A stretch of DNA of 64,000 nt, taken from the NCBI RefSeq assembly GCF_006345805.1, contig NC_043013.1:15252001-15316000 (forward strand). Direction: 5' to 3'. The notes under the pieces were generated by a model. It saw only the letters and a list, made by a program, of their open reading frames with translations, was not told where the DNA came from and did not search any database. The DNA comes from Octopus sinensis. Taxonomy: Eukaryota. The position numbers and the translations under genes were made by a program. Positions 50,436-62,834 of the stretch are shown piece by piece. How positions within the stretch are numbered: the stretch's first letter is position 1; the number at the start of each line of letters is the position of its first letter.

Positions 50436-50743
50436 TTGGGGAAATTTTGAACCTGGGTTCTCATTTGTAAGGTATTTTTTTATGTTATTATTATTATTAT
50501 TCAGGTCACTGCCTGGAATCAAACTCTGAATCTTGGGGTTAGTAGCCCGCACTCTTAACCACTATGCCGTAGTGGTTAAGAGTGCAGGCTACTAACCTCA
50601 ACATTCCAAGTTCGATTCCATGCAGTGACCTGAATAATAATAATAATAATAGTAATAATAGTAATAATAATAATAGTAATAATAATAATAATAACATCAA
50701 AAAATACCTTAGGAATGAGAACCCAGATTCGAAATTTCCCCAA

Positions 50744-50789
50744 GACACCTGATGAAGGCTGGATGGTATATCTGCCGAAATGTTGTGTT
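50744..50789 (+). ncRNA. Minimal type-I hammerhead ribozyme motif
   Basis: GACAC CTGATGA A GGCTG GATGGTATAT CTGCC GAAATGTT GTGTT; one mismatch in stem II. Confidence 0.6.
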
Positions 50790-51244
50790 AACAACAAACA
50801 AGATGGGGACAAATATCCATCAAATGTAAATAATGTACATAATTCCTCATCTCTTAAATATAGAACTGTATTAACATATATATATTCTTTATTATTTTGT
50901 GATTCAGAATCTAAACACCTGATGTTCACCCTGATGCTAGAAGTGTGTAGAGTTTGATGTGTGTTTGTCAAGTGTGTGGTAAACAGGGTTACATTACATC
51001 CAAACCTAGATTTCTTTCTGTCAGGCCTTCATTCAGCTTTACACATCAGTGGACTCGGAAAAAAAATTATTCTTCATTTACTGTTGTTCAGAGGCTATAA
51101 TATGTCCATGTAATGTGTTGTATGTTTGTGTCTGAACTATTTGTGAAATTTGTGCTTTTCTGATTATTTATTCTAACTATGGTGCTATCAGTTATCATTT
51201 TAGTTGATTCTGTATATACATGCAAGTTTGTTCCACCTGAATTT

Positions 51245-51446
51245 CTCTATCTCTATCTATCCGCTCAGTCGAAGTCGACTCTTGGTTACTCCATGGATCA
51301 GTGTCCTCCAGTCAGTTCTATCCTGGGCCGGGCAGCTTCTTTCAGACTGGCTATGTCCATTCCGGTATCACTCTTGATGGTGTCAAGCCAGCGGCTTCTT
51401 GGTTGGCCTCTTCCTCTCTTGCCACTGACCATTCCAAGCATGATGT
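51245..51446 (-). mobile_element. 5'-truncated RTE (BovB-like) LINE 3' end
   Basis: 9-bp TSD CCTGAATTT (51236-51244 and 51447-51455). Minus strand reads IMLGMVSGKRGRGQPRSRWLDTIKSDTGMDIASLKEAA..DRTDWRTLIHGVTKSRLRLSG* with a short AGAT-type tail. Confidence 0.85.
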
Positions 51447-53959
51447 CCTGAATTTACTGCATTGTAATATCATCATCATCATTTAACGTCCATTTTCCAT
51501 GCTAGCATGGGTTGGACGGGGTCTGGAAGCCATGGAGGCTGCACCAGGCTCTAGTCTGATTTGGCAGTGTTTCTACAGCTGGATGCCCTTCCTAATGCCA
51601 ACCACTCCGTGAGTGTAGGGAACATATTCAAATTTAACAATGAGCTATTAATTGAGCTCTTGATTACTGTGGATATCTCTTTTCATGTTTATACACTAAT
51701 TCTCTGTATATAAATATGTCTTTATAAATTTGTATGTTTGTCTATATATGTATATATAACTTTGAAAACAATTCTTTGTTACGAAATGGGTTCCATCAAT
51801 CTATTTATGACATTGTACCTCTGAAACCGCAACAATTGTCCAGAATGTATAGAATTTTTTTTTCTTTTTTAAAAATCATTCATAGTTAACGTTTTCAATT
51901 CATATTTGATTGAATGTTCCCCATTTATACAAATATATGACCATGTGTGAAGTGTAAGAATATTGATACTTGTGTATCTGTAAATATATGCATGGACCTT
52001 CACATATTTATTCAAATCTTTGCTTCTCTGAGTTTTCTGTTCTTTATGATGATGACTGCCAAAATATTCTATTTTTGAAAAATCTCAGGGTTTCTTCATT
52101 GTGCATTGGTCAGTGGTCGTGTGTGACAAAACATAATATTTATAGCATCTGTTGTTGAGATAAACAGCATATATGCTTTTTTATATATATATATGTATAT
52201 AGTGTAAGAATGGGAAGGAAGACGTAGGTAGAATTCAATCAATCAATAAACTATAGTATACATTTTAGTGCCCTTTTTTTTTAGATCCAAATGTATGTAT
52301 GCATATATAGATATATATATATTGGACATATTTAATATGTACAGGATTTAATTTCAAGCTGCTGTAAGATTCATGCTTCTGAAAATACAATGGTCAGACA
52401 ATCTTGTATAGCATGCCACTTACTTCCAAACAATCCAGGGTTGCTTGGAAATACTTGGTAAGTTATGTCTGACCGCTGTGTTTTCAGAAGCATGAAACTA
52501 ATAGTAGCTCAAATTCAAATCCTGCATATATTAAATGATGTTTTTCTCACTGGATGGAGTACTTTTATGTTGATTCCACCCATATCACATAACAGAACAG
52601 TACATTATATATATATATATATATACACGTACACACATATATATCATCATCATTTTAACATCTACTTCTACCTGCATGGATTAGATGAAATTTTTTTTGA
52701 AAGAGACTTTCAATGGCTTGATACCTTTTCAGTCGTCAATCGTTGCCTGTTTCCAACTAAGGTAATAATAATTCCTAATGACCAGATACGTTTCCTCAGA
52801 AGATTGGGAAGGAGCAACACTGCTTATATGATGCTGGCACTAATTTGCAACTATATTTAATGTTAAGACAAGGTGCATACACACTCACACACACATATCC
52901 ATTTGTAAATATATCTTCATCTTGGAATTCCACACAGTTTCCATCTACCAAATCCACTCATGAGACTTTGCTCAGCCAGGTGCTATAATAGGAAATAAAT
53001 GCCATGCCGTGGTGTGACTGGGCTGGAAAGGAAACTACTTAATCACACAGCTATGCATGCACCAGACACCTGTTTCTGTCTCTCTGTTACATTAACCTTT
53101 CATCATCTGGTACATGATCACCTCCTCCAGTGCCCCCTCCCCTTAAAGGATCTTTGTGTTGCTAGTTACTTGCTGATCCTGTCAGTGTTGATGCCATGTA
53201 AAAAGCATCCAGTCCACACTGTAAAGTAGTTGGTGTTTGCAAGGGCATCCAGCTGTAAAAATCATGCCAAAATTGACATAACTCTTGCTGGTGCCACATA
53301 AAAAGCACTCAGTCCACTCTGCAGGGTGGTTGGTGTTAGGAAGGGCATCCAGCCATAAAAACCATGACAAAACAGACACTGAAGCTTGGTGCAGTCTTCT
53401 TCCTAGCCAGCTCCTGTCAAACCATTGAACCTATGCCAACATGGAAAGCAGATGTTAAATGATGATGATGATATATAAACAAGAATTTACTGCTTCTGTA
53501 TATATTTGAAATAGATGTGTATACCTGCTAAGGGACCAACAAGTGTCAATTTTATCAGTTTTGACATTAAGATAGTCTTCAAAATATTCTTCAAATTAAA
53601 TTATAACACTGTGTAACACAATTTTTGTCCTTGGGTAGCAACTTGTTATTTCCTATTTGCTTACCCCTAGAAAATATGAAAAATGACTTTGCTTTTGTGA
53701 CATTTATTCAAACCATAAAGAATCCCTCTCAACACTTGGCTATGGTGCTCTCCCACTACTCCTGCTCATGATCAGAGATGCACAGATTGTCAACCACTAA
53801 CGTACATGCTTAAGTGGTTATGGTCAAGCAATTTTGTGACATTGAGCAGAATATTTGCTATAACGATATTTCTGCTTTGGCAACTTACACTGAATCTGTC
53901 TGAAATGTAATGGATAATAGGTCAGTATCAAAACATTGATGTATGCTCAGAATTATTTT

Positions 53960-55080
53960 TATTACAAGAGTGGTGGATTAGCAGAAATCATTTGAGCGCC
54001 AGACAAAGCATCTTGTGATGTTTGTTCTGGCTCATCACAAGATGCTTAGTTCAAATCCTGCCAAAGTCATCTTAGTTCTTCATTTCCTTGTAGACAATAA
54101 AATACAGACCAGTCAAGTATTGGGGTTGATGTTATCAACTAATTCCTTCCCCTCAAAATGTCATGTCTCATGCCTAAATTATAAACCATTATTTTTATAA
54201 GACCATCTGATGACAACTTTGCCGTTTGTCATTCTGAGCTTGGTAGAATAAAGTACCATTCAGATACTTCTTTTTGTCATTTTTTGCACTTTGTGTTGAG
54301 CCTACAGATGCATTATGCCAGGTGTTACCCCAGTTTCCATGTAGTTGTGAGAGTATAAAACTCCTACTCTCTATGAGACTGTCATAGTCAAACACTGAGA
54401 TGAATTTAAACAACTTTATTCTGCTACCTGACAGAATCGGTAGAACATCAGACAAAATGCTTTGCAATGTTTGTTTCACCTCTTAATGTTCTAAGTTCAA
54501 GTGCAGCTGAAGTTAGCTCTGCCTTTTGAGGTTGATAAAATAAAGTATTAGTGAAGTACTGGGGTTGAGGGTATCAACTAATTCCTTCCCCACTTCAAAT
54601 TGCTGCCTTTGTGCCTCAATCACAAACTATTATTTTTATTAAGGCAGCAAGATGGCAGAGTCATTAGCATGTTGGGTAAAATGCTTAGCAGCATTTTGTC
54701 TCTCCTTATGTTCTGAGTTCAATTTCCACCGAGGTTGACTTTGCTTTTCATCCTTTCGGGGTCAATGAAATAAGTGCCAGTTATACACTGGAGTCGATGT
54801 AATCAATTAGCCCCCTCCCTCAAAATATCAGGCCTTGTGCCTATCTAGTAGAATGGATTATTATTATGATGAAGGCAATGAACAGGTAGAATCATTACTG
54901 CACTGCTGAAAATGCTTAGTAGCATCCCCGTTCCTTATGTTCAGATCCCACTGAGGTCAACTTTACCTTTCAATTTTTTCCTGGGGTTGATAAAATAAGT
55001 ACCATTTGAGCACTGGGGTCTGTGTAAGCAATTTTGTCCCTCTCCTCAAAATTACTGGCTTTGTGCCAAAATTTGAAACC
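53960..55080 (+). repeat. Tandem array of family-B SINE-like units
   Basis: Four or more head-to-tail units (about 53960, 54420, 54640, 54870). Confidence 0.65.
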
Positions 55081-55439
55081 ATTATTGCATTATTATTTCC
55101 AGTCATTTAATATCATATTTTCTATTATCATTAAAGATTTAACTATGGTTATAATTCCCAAAATACTATTCTAGCTGGAATATTATATGTTTTTAGACGT
55201 AATATCTCATACGGAACATTTGTATTCTATGTATTTCACCAAACTTTTAAATATCGTCCATGTATATAGAATAATGTTTGTTAATATTTATTATGCACTT
55301 GTATTTGTTCAGTCAATTCTTGTTCTTGTTGCTGCTCAAAAATATTAAATGTTTGAAGATTGAATTCTGGGGGAATATGTTGTTTTTGTTTTGTAGCATT
55401 ATTATTATTAATGTTTATCTTTCTTTATGTTCATTCTGT

Positions 55440-55810
55440 AAATGAGATGCTATATCGATATCACACTTTCTGTTATGTCATATCACTGTAGCTCTTATCC
55501 TCTTATTCATTGTATAAATGTGATACTTCTTTAGCTTTTGACTTAATCATGGCGTAAATGTGAAATTGCTATAGGTTTTGTCATCTTGTTCATGGTATAA
55601 GTGTGATAATGCTAGAGTTTTTCTTCCTTATTTATGGTATCAATGTGATATCACTATAACTCTTACCCTTTTATTCTTAGTATGAATGTGATATTGGTAT
55701 TCCCTTAGTTTTCTTATATGTGATATGGCTATAGCTTTTGTTTTGTTCATTGTATAAATGTGATATCTCTATAATACTTCACTTCTCATTGTATAAATCT
55801 GATAGATATT
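55440..55810. repeat. Degenerate minisatellite (about 40-45-bp unit)
   Basis: Recurring TCATTGTATAAATGTGATAT..CTATAGC units. Confidence 0.65.
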
Positions 55811-57129
55811 CTAACTTTGTTTTTTTATATTTTATTCCAAATTCATTTCTCTTCCAAACATTAATAAAATATGCAAAAAAATTTTCAAAATAAATCCGTA
55901 AATATTTTATAAAAATAAAGATACTTTATTGAAATGTTTCATATTTTGCTTTTTTCTTTTTTTTCTTTTGTATAAGTGTGTGTAATGGTCAAGTATTCAA
56001 GATGCATATGTTGTTTAATGGTCCAGAATACAGATTTGACTGTTATTTCTAGCATACCTTGTTGTCTTATTTAATTCCAAGTCAAGCCTTGCTACTGAAT
56101 AGATGACTTAACTTTCAAACTCAAACCACAATTTGTTAATCATCTCAATTTATCTTGCCATTGGATCTGGACACTCATTTATCCCTGATCGAAGGTATTC
56201 CAACCATGACCATCACTTCTATTTTCCAATATAGAACTCCTTAGATTTAAGTGCTTCTGCCTCAAGTGACACATGAAGCAAAGTACACCAGCAGGATTGG
56301 TTGGCAGTCACTCTCCTATCTCCAGCAGGAAAGGAATGCTGTGATGCTCTTGCGCTTTGAACTGTTTACATAGCTTGAGGTTTTTTTTCCAAGGACAGAG
56401 TACTGACCTGAAGATCAATGACTTGAATTTAGGAAAGAGACTTGAAGTGGAGCTGCCCCTATTGACTGCTAGCTGAGCTCTACGAAGTATAGTGTGGGTC
56501 ACCTTAAGTCACGAACACCTAATTGTTGACTTGCTGTAGCCGCTCTGCCTGCTTAGTGGTGCAGTGTCACCCACCCACCACCCCTTCCTTGTGCTTCAGC
56601 CCACCATTTGAGGTGGTGTGGCAATTGGAACCAGCACATTAGAGATTTAGGGAGTGAGTGAGACCCAGTGGATGCATGTCCACCCTGCCAAAGATGCCTT
56701 TACTCTGAACCCCTTACACCCTATAGAGCATTTGGGATGGCTTTATTCAAATAACACCTCATTGTCTTTTACTTGTTTCAATCATTATACTGTGGTCATG
56801 TTTGGGGCATCACCTAGAAAAATTTTAGTTGAACAAATTGGCCCCAGTACTTATTTTATCAGTGTCTTTTGGCGAACTGCTAAGTTACAGGGGCGTAAAC
56901 ACCAACACCAATTGTCAAGTGGTGGGGAACAAACATAGTCACAAAGACCTACACATATATACATGATAGGCTTCTTTCAGTTTCCACCTACCAAATTCAC
57001 TCGTAAGTCTTTGGTCGGCCCAAGGCTGTAGTGGAAGACACTTGCCCAAGGTACCATGCAGTGGGACTGGACCCAGAAATGTGTGGCTGGGAAGCAAGCT
57101 TCTATCCATAAATATAAAATATAACATTA

Positions 57130-57720
57130 AACCATGTAATCCTAGATACATTGTGTCTGAATAAAGAGACAAGATAATTACAGACAAAGCATCAGTTGTC
57201 GTAGATCTGCTGGATCATGGCTAACCTAAGGGTTATGCAAGGTCAAACTGACCATGAGGTGACTTCTGTGTTTGTTAAGAATAGCAACCAAATCTTTATC
57301 AAATAATATCCTACTTTTCGAAAGGGAAGAATTTGCTAGATAGAATAATCCTAGATACACCATATCTGAAATAAAAGACAAGATGGTCATGGGTAGAATG
57401 TCTTTGAGTATAGGTCTGCCGAATCTAAGTTAAATAACATAGCTACAAATAATGATACTCAATTGACTAGAAATAACAGTCAAATATCCCATAAATCACA
57501 TCCTACTCTATTTAAGGAAGGAGGGACACATTGGATAATATAATTCTGGATATGTCTGAAAAATTAACAATGCGGTGGTCACTGCTGGAACTCTGTTGAT
57601 CATAAGTGCTGGATCAGAATTGGCCTGGGGTTTAACAACTGTTACTATACAAGAAGCTAACACAGGAGATTATGTGATCACTCAATCTGCTAGAAATAAT
57701 TGCCAAATTTTAACTATTAC
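57130..57720 (+). repeat. Tandem copies of another interspersed repeat ('family D')
   Basis: AATCCTAGATACA..TGTCTGAA..AAAGACAAGATGGTCA...GGTCTGCT..ATC...TAAACAAC units; also seen near 7050, 28380 and 44940 (+) and 9120, 32690, 56020 (-). Confidence 0.55.
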
Positions 57721-57781
57721 AGCTTACAAAGGAAAATCACATTAGATAAAATTCTATCTCTCATGTATGTATATATATATA

Positions 57782-58170
57782 GTAGCAGTATCGCCCAGCA
57801 TTGCTTGGGTTTGTTTCGACCATTTAGAATTGGAATTTTTGAAAAGTAAAAATTTTGCATTATGTAGCTTGTTATTCTCTTTAAGTGTACATTTTTCTGG
57901 TTGAAATACACTGAAAAATGGCGACACAGCAATAAAAAAAGCGTAAGAAATAGGGATTTTCATAGAAAAAAAGCACCTTTTTGATGTGAATAATTTTTGA
58001 TGTTAACAAGGTCCGATTTGAATTTTTTCTTCTATGGAAGGAAGAGCAAGCCTTCTATCATACTCTAAATTTTGGTCAACTTGCGCCGCAGGGTCTCGGA
58101 GGAGATAGTGTTAGTTGAAGGCTACCAAACCTGCCATATACAGACAACTTCAGCTTTATATGTATAGAGA
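57782..58170 (-). mobile_element. Non-autonomous Helitron (minus strand)
   Basis: Minus strand A|TCTCTATACATATAAAGCTGAAGTTG...ACCCAAGCAATGCTGGGCGATACTGCTAC|T; the 3' end is nearly identical to that of 17699-18083. Confidence 0.7.
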
Positions 58171-58849
58171 TATGTGTCTGTAGGCATGGCTGTGTGGTTA
58201 AGACGTTTGCTTTCCAGCCATGTACTTCTGGGTTCAGTACCAATGCATGACACCTTGAGCAACTATCTACCATAGCCATGGTCTAACAAAAGTCATGTGA
58301 GTGGATTTGGTAATTCAAAACTGAAAGAAATCTCTCATACACACAGAAGGCTGTAGCTAAGAAGTTCGCTCTCCAGTTACATGATTTCTGAAATCTTGGG
58401 TACCTTCTACTATAGACCTGGGCCAACCGAAGCCTTGTGAGATGAAACTAAAAGAAGACCATCGAATATGTGTTGTGTCTGTGTAGTGAGGAATTGTTTG
58501 TATGTTCTTGTTTTGCTATCACATGATGGTTGTAAATGAGCAACACTGTTGTACAAGCAGTTTCATAGCAATGAAAACATGTCGGGCCATTGGGAAATAT
58601 TACTTTGCTTGGAAATAGGTGAGAGTTAGCAACAAGAAGGGCATCTGACTAGAAAATCTGACCCATGCAAGCATGGAAAAAAGTGAATTTTAAAACAACG
58701 GTGATGATGGTGGTGGTGATAGATAGATAGATAGAATGACAGACATGCAATGCATGTGTAAACTGAAGGAGTCCTTGGCTAGTCACAGATCTTTAGAAGT
58801 ATTAGTTGACATGATGAGAGAATAGAAATCAGTAGGGAAGAATTTTTGA

Positions 58850-59680
58850 GGAAAATAATAGAAAGAATAAATCAAGGAATATTATCTGGTATAATGCACC
58901 ATTCACCATAATAGCTGCACTAGGTAAATGATTCTCACCTCCAAGTAAGTATGGGAAATTATTTAATTGCCATAGTATAAAATTTTCATATTCAACCACC
59001 AGAAACTGGGCTCTGATTACAGCAGTACATAACAAATAGAGAATTAGGGAGTATCACAACTCAAAATCTGTAAATAAGAGTAGAATCAATAGTGTGAATT
59101 GTGAAATTAACTCTAATGATAATTTTCTCGAACTAGATTTCTATTCTTTAAGTAAAAATAATTCCGTCTCTGATAATACAGTTAACACTTAGTTTTAATA
59201 CTGATAATGATAATAATAATAATAATAGTAATCCTGCCTAATTTTGAAAGGACTTGTAGGAATTTTTTTAACCTTGAGTACCAAATGCTAGTGAATGCCT
59301 GTGTAATTGTAAAAACAAAATTGTCCTTTAGAAAATCAGTGTTTAAGGAAAAATATAGTGTGTCAATGTAAGGTAATAACAGGGGATCATAAGTATTATT
59401 ACACAGGTTCATCAACTACAATTTCGAAGTCTAGATTCCATAATCATTCTTATTCATTTAAGTATAGAAGAAAAGGTAATTCTACAAATTTTAATAAATG
59501 CATTTGGGATTTAAATGGTCCATTATTAATTATGCAGCACTGTACAATATTGACAATTCTACATATGATCTTAGCCTTGAAGAAATGTATTATATAATTA
59601 CTTCTAAATTAATATTATTAAATTTTAATGGTAATTTTACAATGAAATGTGGTCACAAATTTGTGAAGGCATTTCAATTG
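58850..59680 (+). mobile_element. Decayed Penelope-like element (linker plus GIY-YIG endonuclease)
   Basis: Frameshifted peptides RNIIWYNAPF, KYGKLFNCHSIKFSYSTTRN, CNCK..NCPLENQCLRKNIV.QCKV...YYTGSSTT..KSRFHNHSYSF...NSTNFNKCIWDL, LSLEEMYYI...LLN...MKCGHK. Confidence 0.8.
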
Positions 59681-60690
59681 TTCAATTCTTAATTATAATT
59701 GCTTTTCATATATTATATAGTAAGCATAATTTTTCTAAAGATGCTTAATATATTTAATAGATAGGTAACTAATTGTTGTGACATAGCATCTCTATGTTTC
59801 TAATTGTTGTAATGTAGAATTCTTATGTCTAATTTTTTTATTCTTGTTATCCACTGATGTTACCAATAGTTGAATACAAAAATAACTTTTCTTAGATTAT
59901 ATTCCTTCTTAGCGTTCTTTTTGTATGTTTGTGTACAGCAGATATTTTCTTAGTTCACTCTGAATTTAACTAATTTTGGATCACCTTGAAAATATTGTAT
60001 CATCATCGTTTAACGTCCATTTTCCATGCTAGCATGGGTTGGATGGTTCATCTGGGGTCTGAGAAGCCAGGAGGCTGCACCAGGCTCCAGTCTGATCTGG
60101 CAGTGTTTCTACAGCGGGATGCCCTTCCTAACACCAACCACTCTGTGAGTGTAGTGGGTGCTTTTTATGTGCCAGGGGAGGCTGGCAATGGCCACGATCA
60201 GTTGGTAGTTTTTACGTGCCACCGGCATGGAAGCCATTCAAGGCGGTGCTGGCGTCAGCTACATACATATGGTGCTTTTTACGTGCCACTGACACAGATG
60301 CCAGGGCAGGCTGGCAACAGCCACGATCGGTTGATGCTTTTTACGTGCCATCGGCACGGAAGCCAGTCAAGGCAGTACTGGCATCAGCCACATACGGATG
60401 GTGCATTTTACATGCCACCGACACAGGTATTGACATATATTTTTAGATATATTGATTTGAAAGATATTTTCTGTATCTAAATATGTTGATACAACAGGAA
60501 CAACTATAAGGCTTTGTATGGTGAATCCAACAATTAAAGATGTGATTTTCTCTATCCAAATTTTTGTTGTCTAATACACTGAATTTCTTGAAATTCTTCT
60601 TAATGACATTCGGCTCTACCTGTCATACAGGAGGAATTACCTTGAATGCATATTCTGCTTGCATTTATTGGCATCTGATTGTTTGATATA

Positions 60691-60913
60691 TATATTTATT
60701 TATTTAATACCCATAGAGGGGACAAACAAGGACAGACAAAGGGATTAAGTCAATTACATCAACCCAGTGTGAAACTGGTACTTTATTTATCGACCCCGAG
60801 AGGATGAAAGGCAAAGTCGACCTCGGCGAAATTTGAACTCAGAACGTAACGACAGACGAAATACCGCTAAGCATTTCGCCCGGCGTGCTAATGTTTCTGC
60901 CAGCTCGCCGCCT
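60691..60913 (-). mobile_element. Young family-B SINE with a 17-bp TSD
   Basis: TSD TCTGATTGTTTGATATA at 60674-60690 and 60914-60930; CpG-rich; head GGCGGCGAGCTGGCAGAAAC; (TAAA)n-like tail. Confidence 0.85.
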
Positions 60914-62834
60914 TCTGATTGTTTGATATAGTTAACCAAATTCATTTAAAATTGAGTGATTTATTGATATTTATCTGGATTTTTTAACCCCTTTTTCTCT
61001 TTTTATATGTGTGTGTGTGTGTGTTAAAAAGAAAGAATTAGTAACATACAGATGGACACATAGGTAGCTAGAGAAAGTGAGTAGTGAGAGAGAGAGAGAA
61101 GTAGAAGAAAGTGGTAGATAGATAGATGGACAGATCAGAAGAAGAGACTGTTTATGGAATATTAGTTGTGTCACCAGAAACTAGATTGATATCGATGTCT
61201 GGAGAAATGGAGAATGAGCTCCTGTTTTTGAAACATTGGGCAGAACATAACAGAATCAGCATTGGTATTGGTCCTTTAGGTGTCTGTGTTTTCAGTCCCT
61301 GGAATGAATAAATTTTTAAGTTATAAAACCTGACAAACCATTATGGTGTTTTAGTAAAAAAAAAAACCCAAACAAACAAAAAAAAAACACATCTTTTTAT
61401 TCTTTGACTGGTTTCAGTTGTTAAGTATTGGCCAAGAGGTAGCTTACTAAATTCAATATCACTGACTCTAATGCATATTTCAGCATGGCATTAATTCCAT
61501 CAATTTCTGTGTATTTGATGAGTAACTTTTTACAAGAATACACAAACATGTCCATGTCTTAAAGCTTATTCCAATTTTTCTGAAAAATGCTGCTCTAAAA
61601 GACATGGTTTCACCTTGACATGCTGTTTTCTGGATATATTATTATTATTATTATTATTATTAACTTGTAATTAAATAACCCTTTTCCCCTTGTGCCAAAA
61701 TTTGAAATCATCATCATATAATGTCTGTTTTTCATGCTGGCATGAATTGGATGGTTTGACATCATCATCATCATCATCATTATTATTATTACCAAGGCAG
61801 TGAGCTAGCAGAAATGTTAGCATGCTGGGCAAAATGCTTAGTGGTTTTTCGCCCTTTGCTACATTCTGAGATCAAATTCCACTAAGGTCAACTTTGCCTT
61901 TCATCCTTTTGGGGGGGTCGATAAATTAAGTACCAGTCAAGTACTGGGGTCAATGTGATTGACTTTCCCTATTCCCCAAAATTTCAGACCTTGTGCCTAT
62001 AATAGAAAGGATTATTATTATTATCATTATTATTATTATTATTATTGTTATTATTATTATTGTTATCAGTTTTAGTTCTAGTGTTAAGTACTGAGATGTG
62101 AATCAAGCTGGAAGAGTTCGGTTTTGCTACATGACTCAACAGCCTAGGACATCAGGCAAGATTTGGGCAATTACAGTGTCAAAGAATAAAGGAATTTCAT
62201 TCCAAGACTTCTAATTTACTGAATAAGTTACATTATGAAAATTAAGATGGAAAATTCCAATAAAGATGTACCTTCTTTGCATTAAAAAATGTAGCACATT
62301 TAAAATGGATATTCAAATGGAAACCTTTGCATATAACACAATGGTTGCCTTTTTCAAGAATCTGCTGGACTTCCTTTCTTTCTTTCATTGAGCTCCACTG
62401 CAATGGATAACTAGCAAGAGAAGAAACAATACATTTAAGTTATTTGGGACTATAGTGCTTCTGAATTGGTCAACTATGCAAAATATGTATAGGTGCAGGT
62501 GGAACTACAGGCACAAGTGTAGCTATAGGCACAGGTGCTGCTGTATGGTTAAAAAATATGCTTCCCAACCACATGGTTCTGGATTCAGTACCATGGCGTG
62601 ATACCTTAGGCAAATATCTTCTTCTATAGCCTTCGGCCAACCAAGACCTTGTGAATGGATTGGATTTGGTAGACAGAAACTGATGTCCATCAAGTATGTA
62701 TATGTGTGTATGTGTGTGTGTATATATATATATATAGATAGATAGATAGATAGATATAGATATATATAAATGGCAATTTCTGTCTGTCTGTTACCATCTT
62801 AGTGCCTAAACCAGCAAACCAATGTTCACAAAAC

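Larger units (their letters stand above)
50342..50837. mobile_element. Head-to-head inverted pair (fold-back) of a tRNA-headed element containing a hammerhead motif
   Basis: Arms 50342-50564 and 50570-50837 are reverse complements. Each has A/B-box-like head, (AAT)n and GACACCTGATGAAGGCTG...CCGAAATGTTGTGTT. Confidence 0.85.

Noticed and set aside
52045-52130. ATGATGA-starting segment suggestive of a C/D-box snoRNA
   Set aside because: No CTGA D box or terminal stem, and it is not in a known intron
55150-55390. Minus-strand Gln/Glu-rich broken frame possibly from a retroelement N-terminus
   Set aside because: No diagnostic motif recognisable with confidence
59845-59885. CCACTGATGTTACC...GTTGAATAC downstream of the Penelope relic, a possible pLTR hammerhead
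   Set aside because: Several core positions are broken and the stems do not pair; not supportable
59986-60480. 164-aa ORF, and similar ORFs at 5409-5795, 51179-51451 and 52465-52860
   Set aside because: They lie across SINE/LINE copies or microsatellites and are chance or antisense open frames
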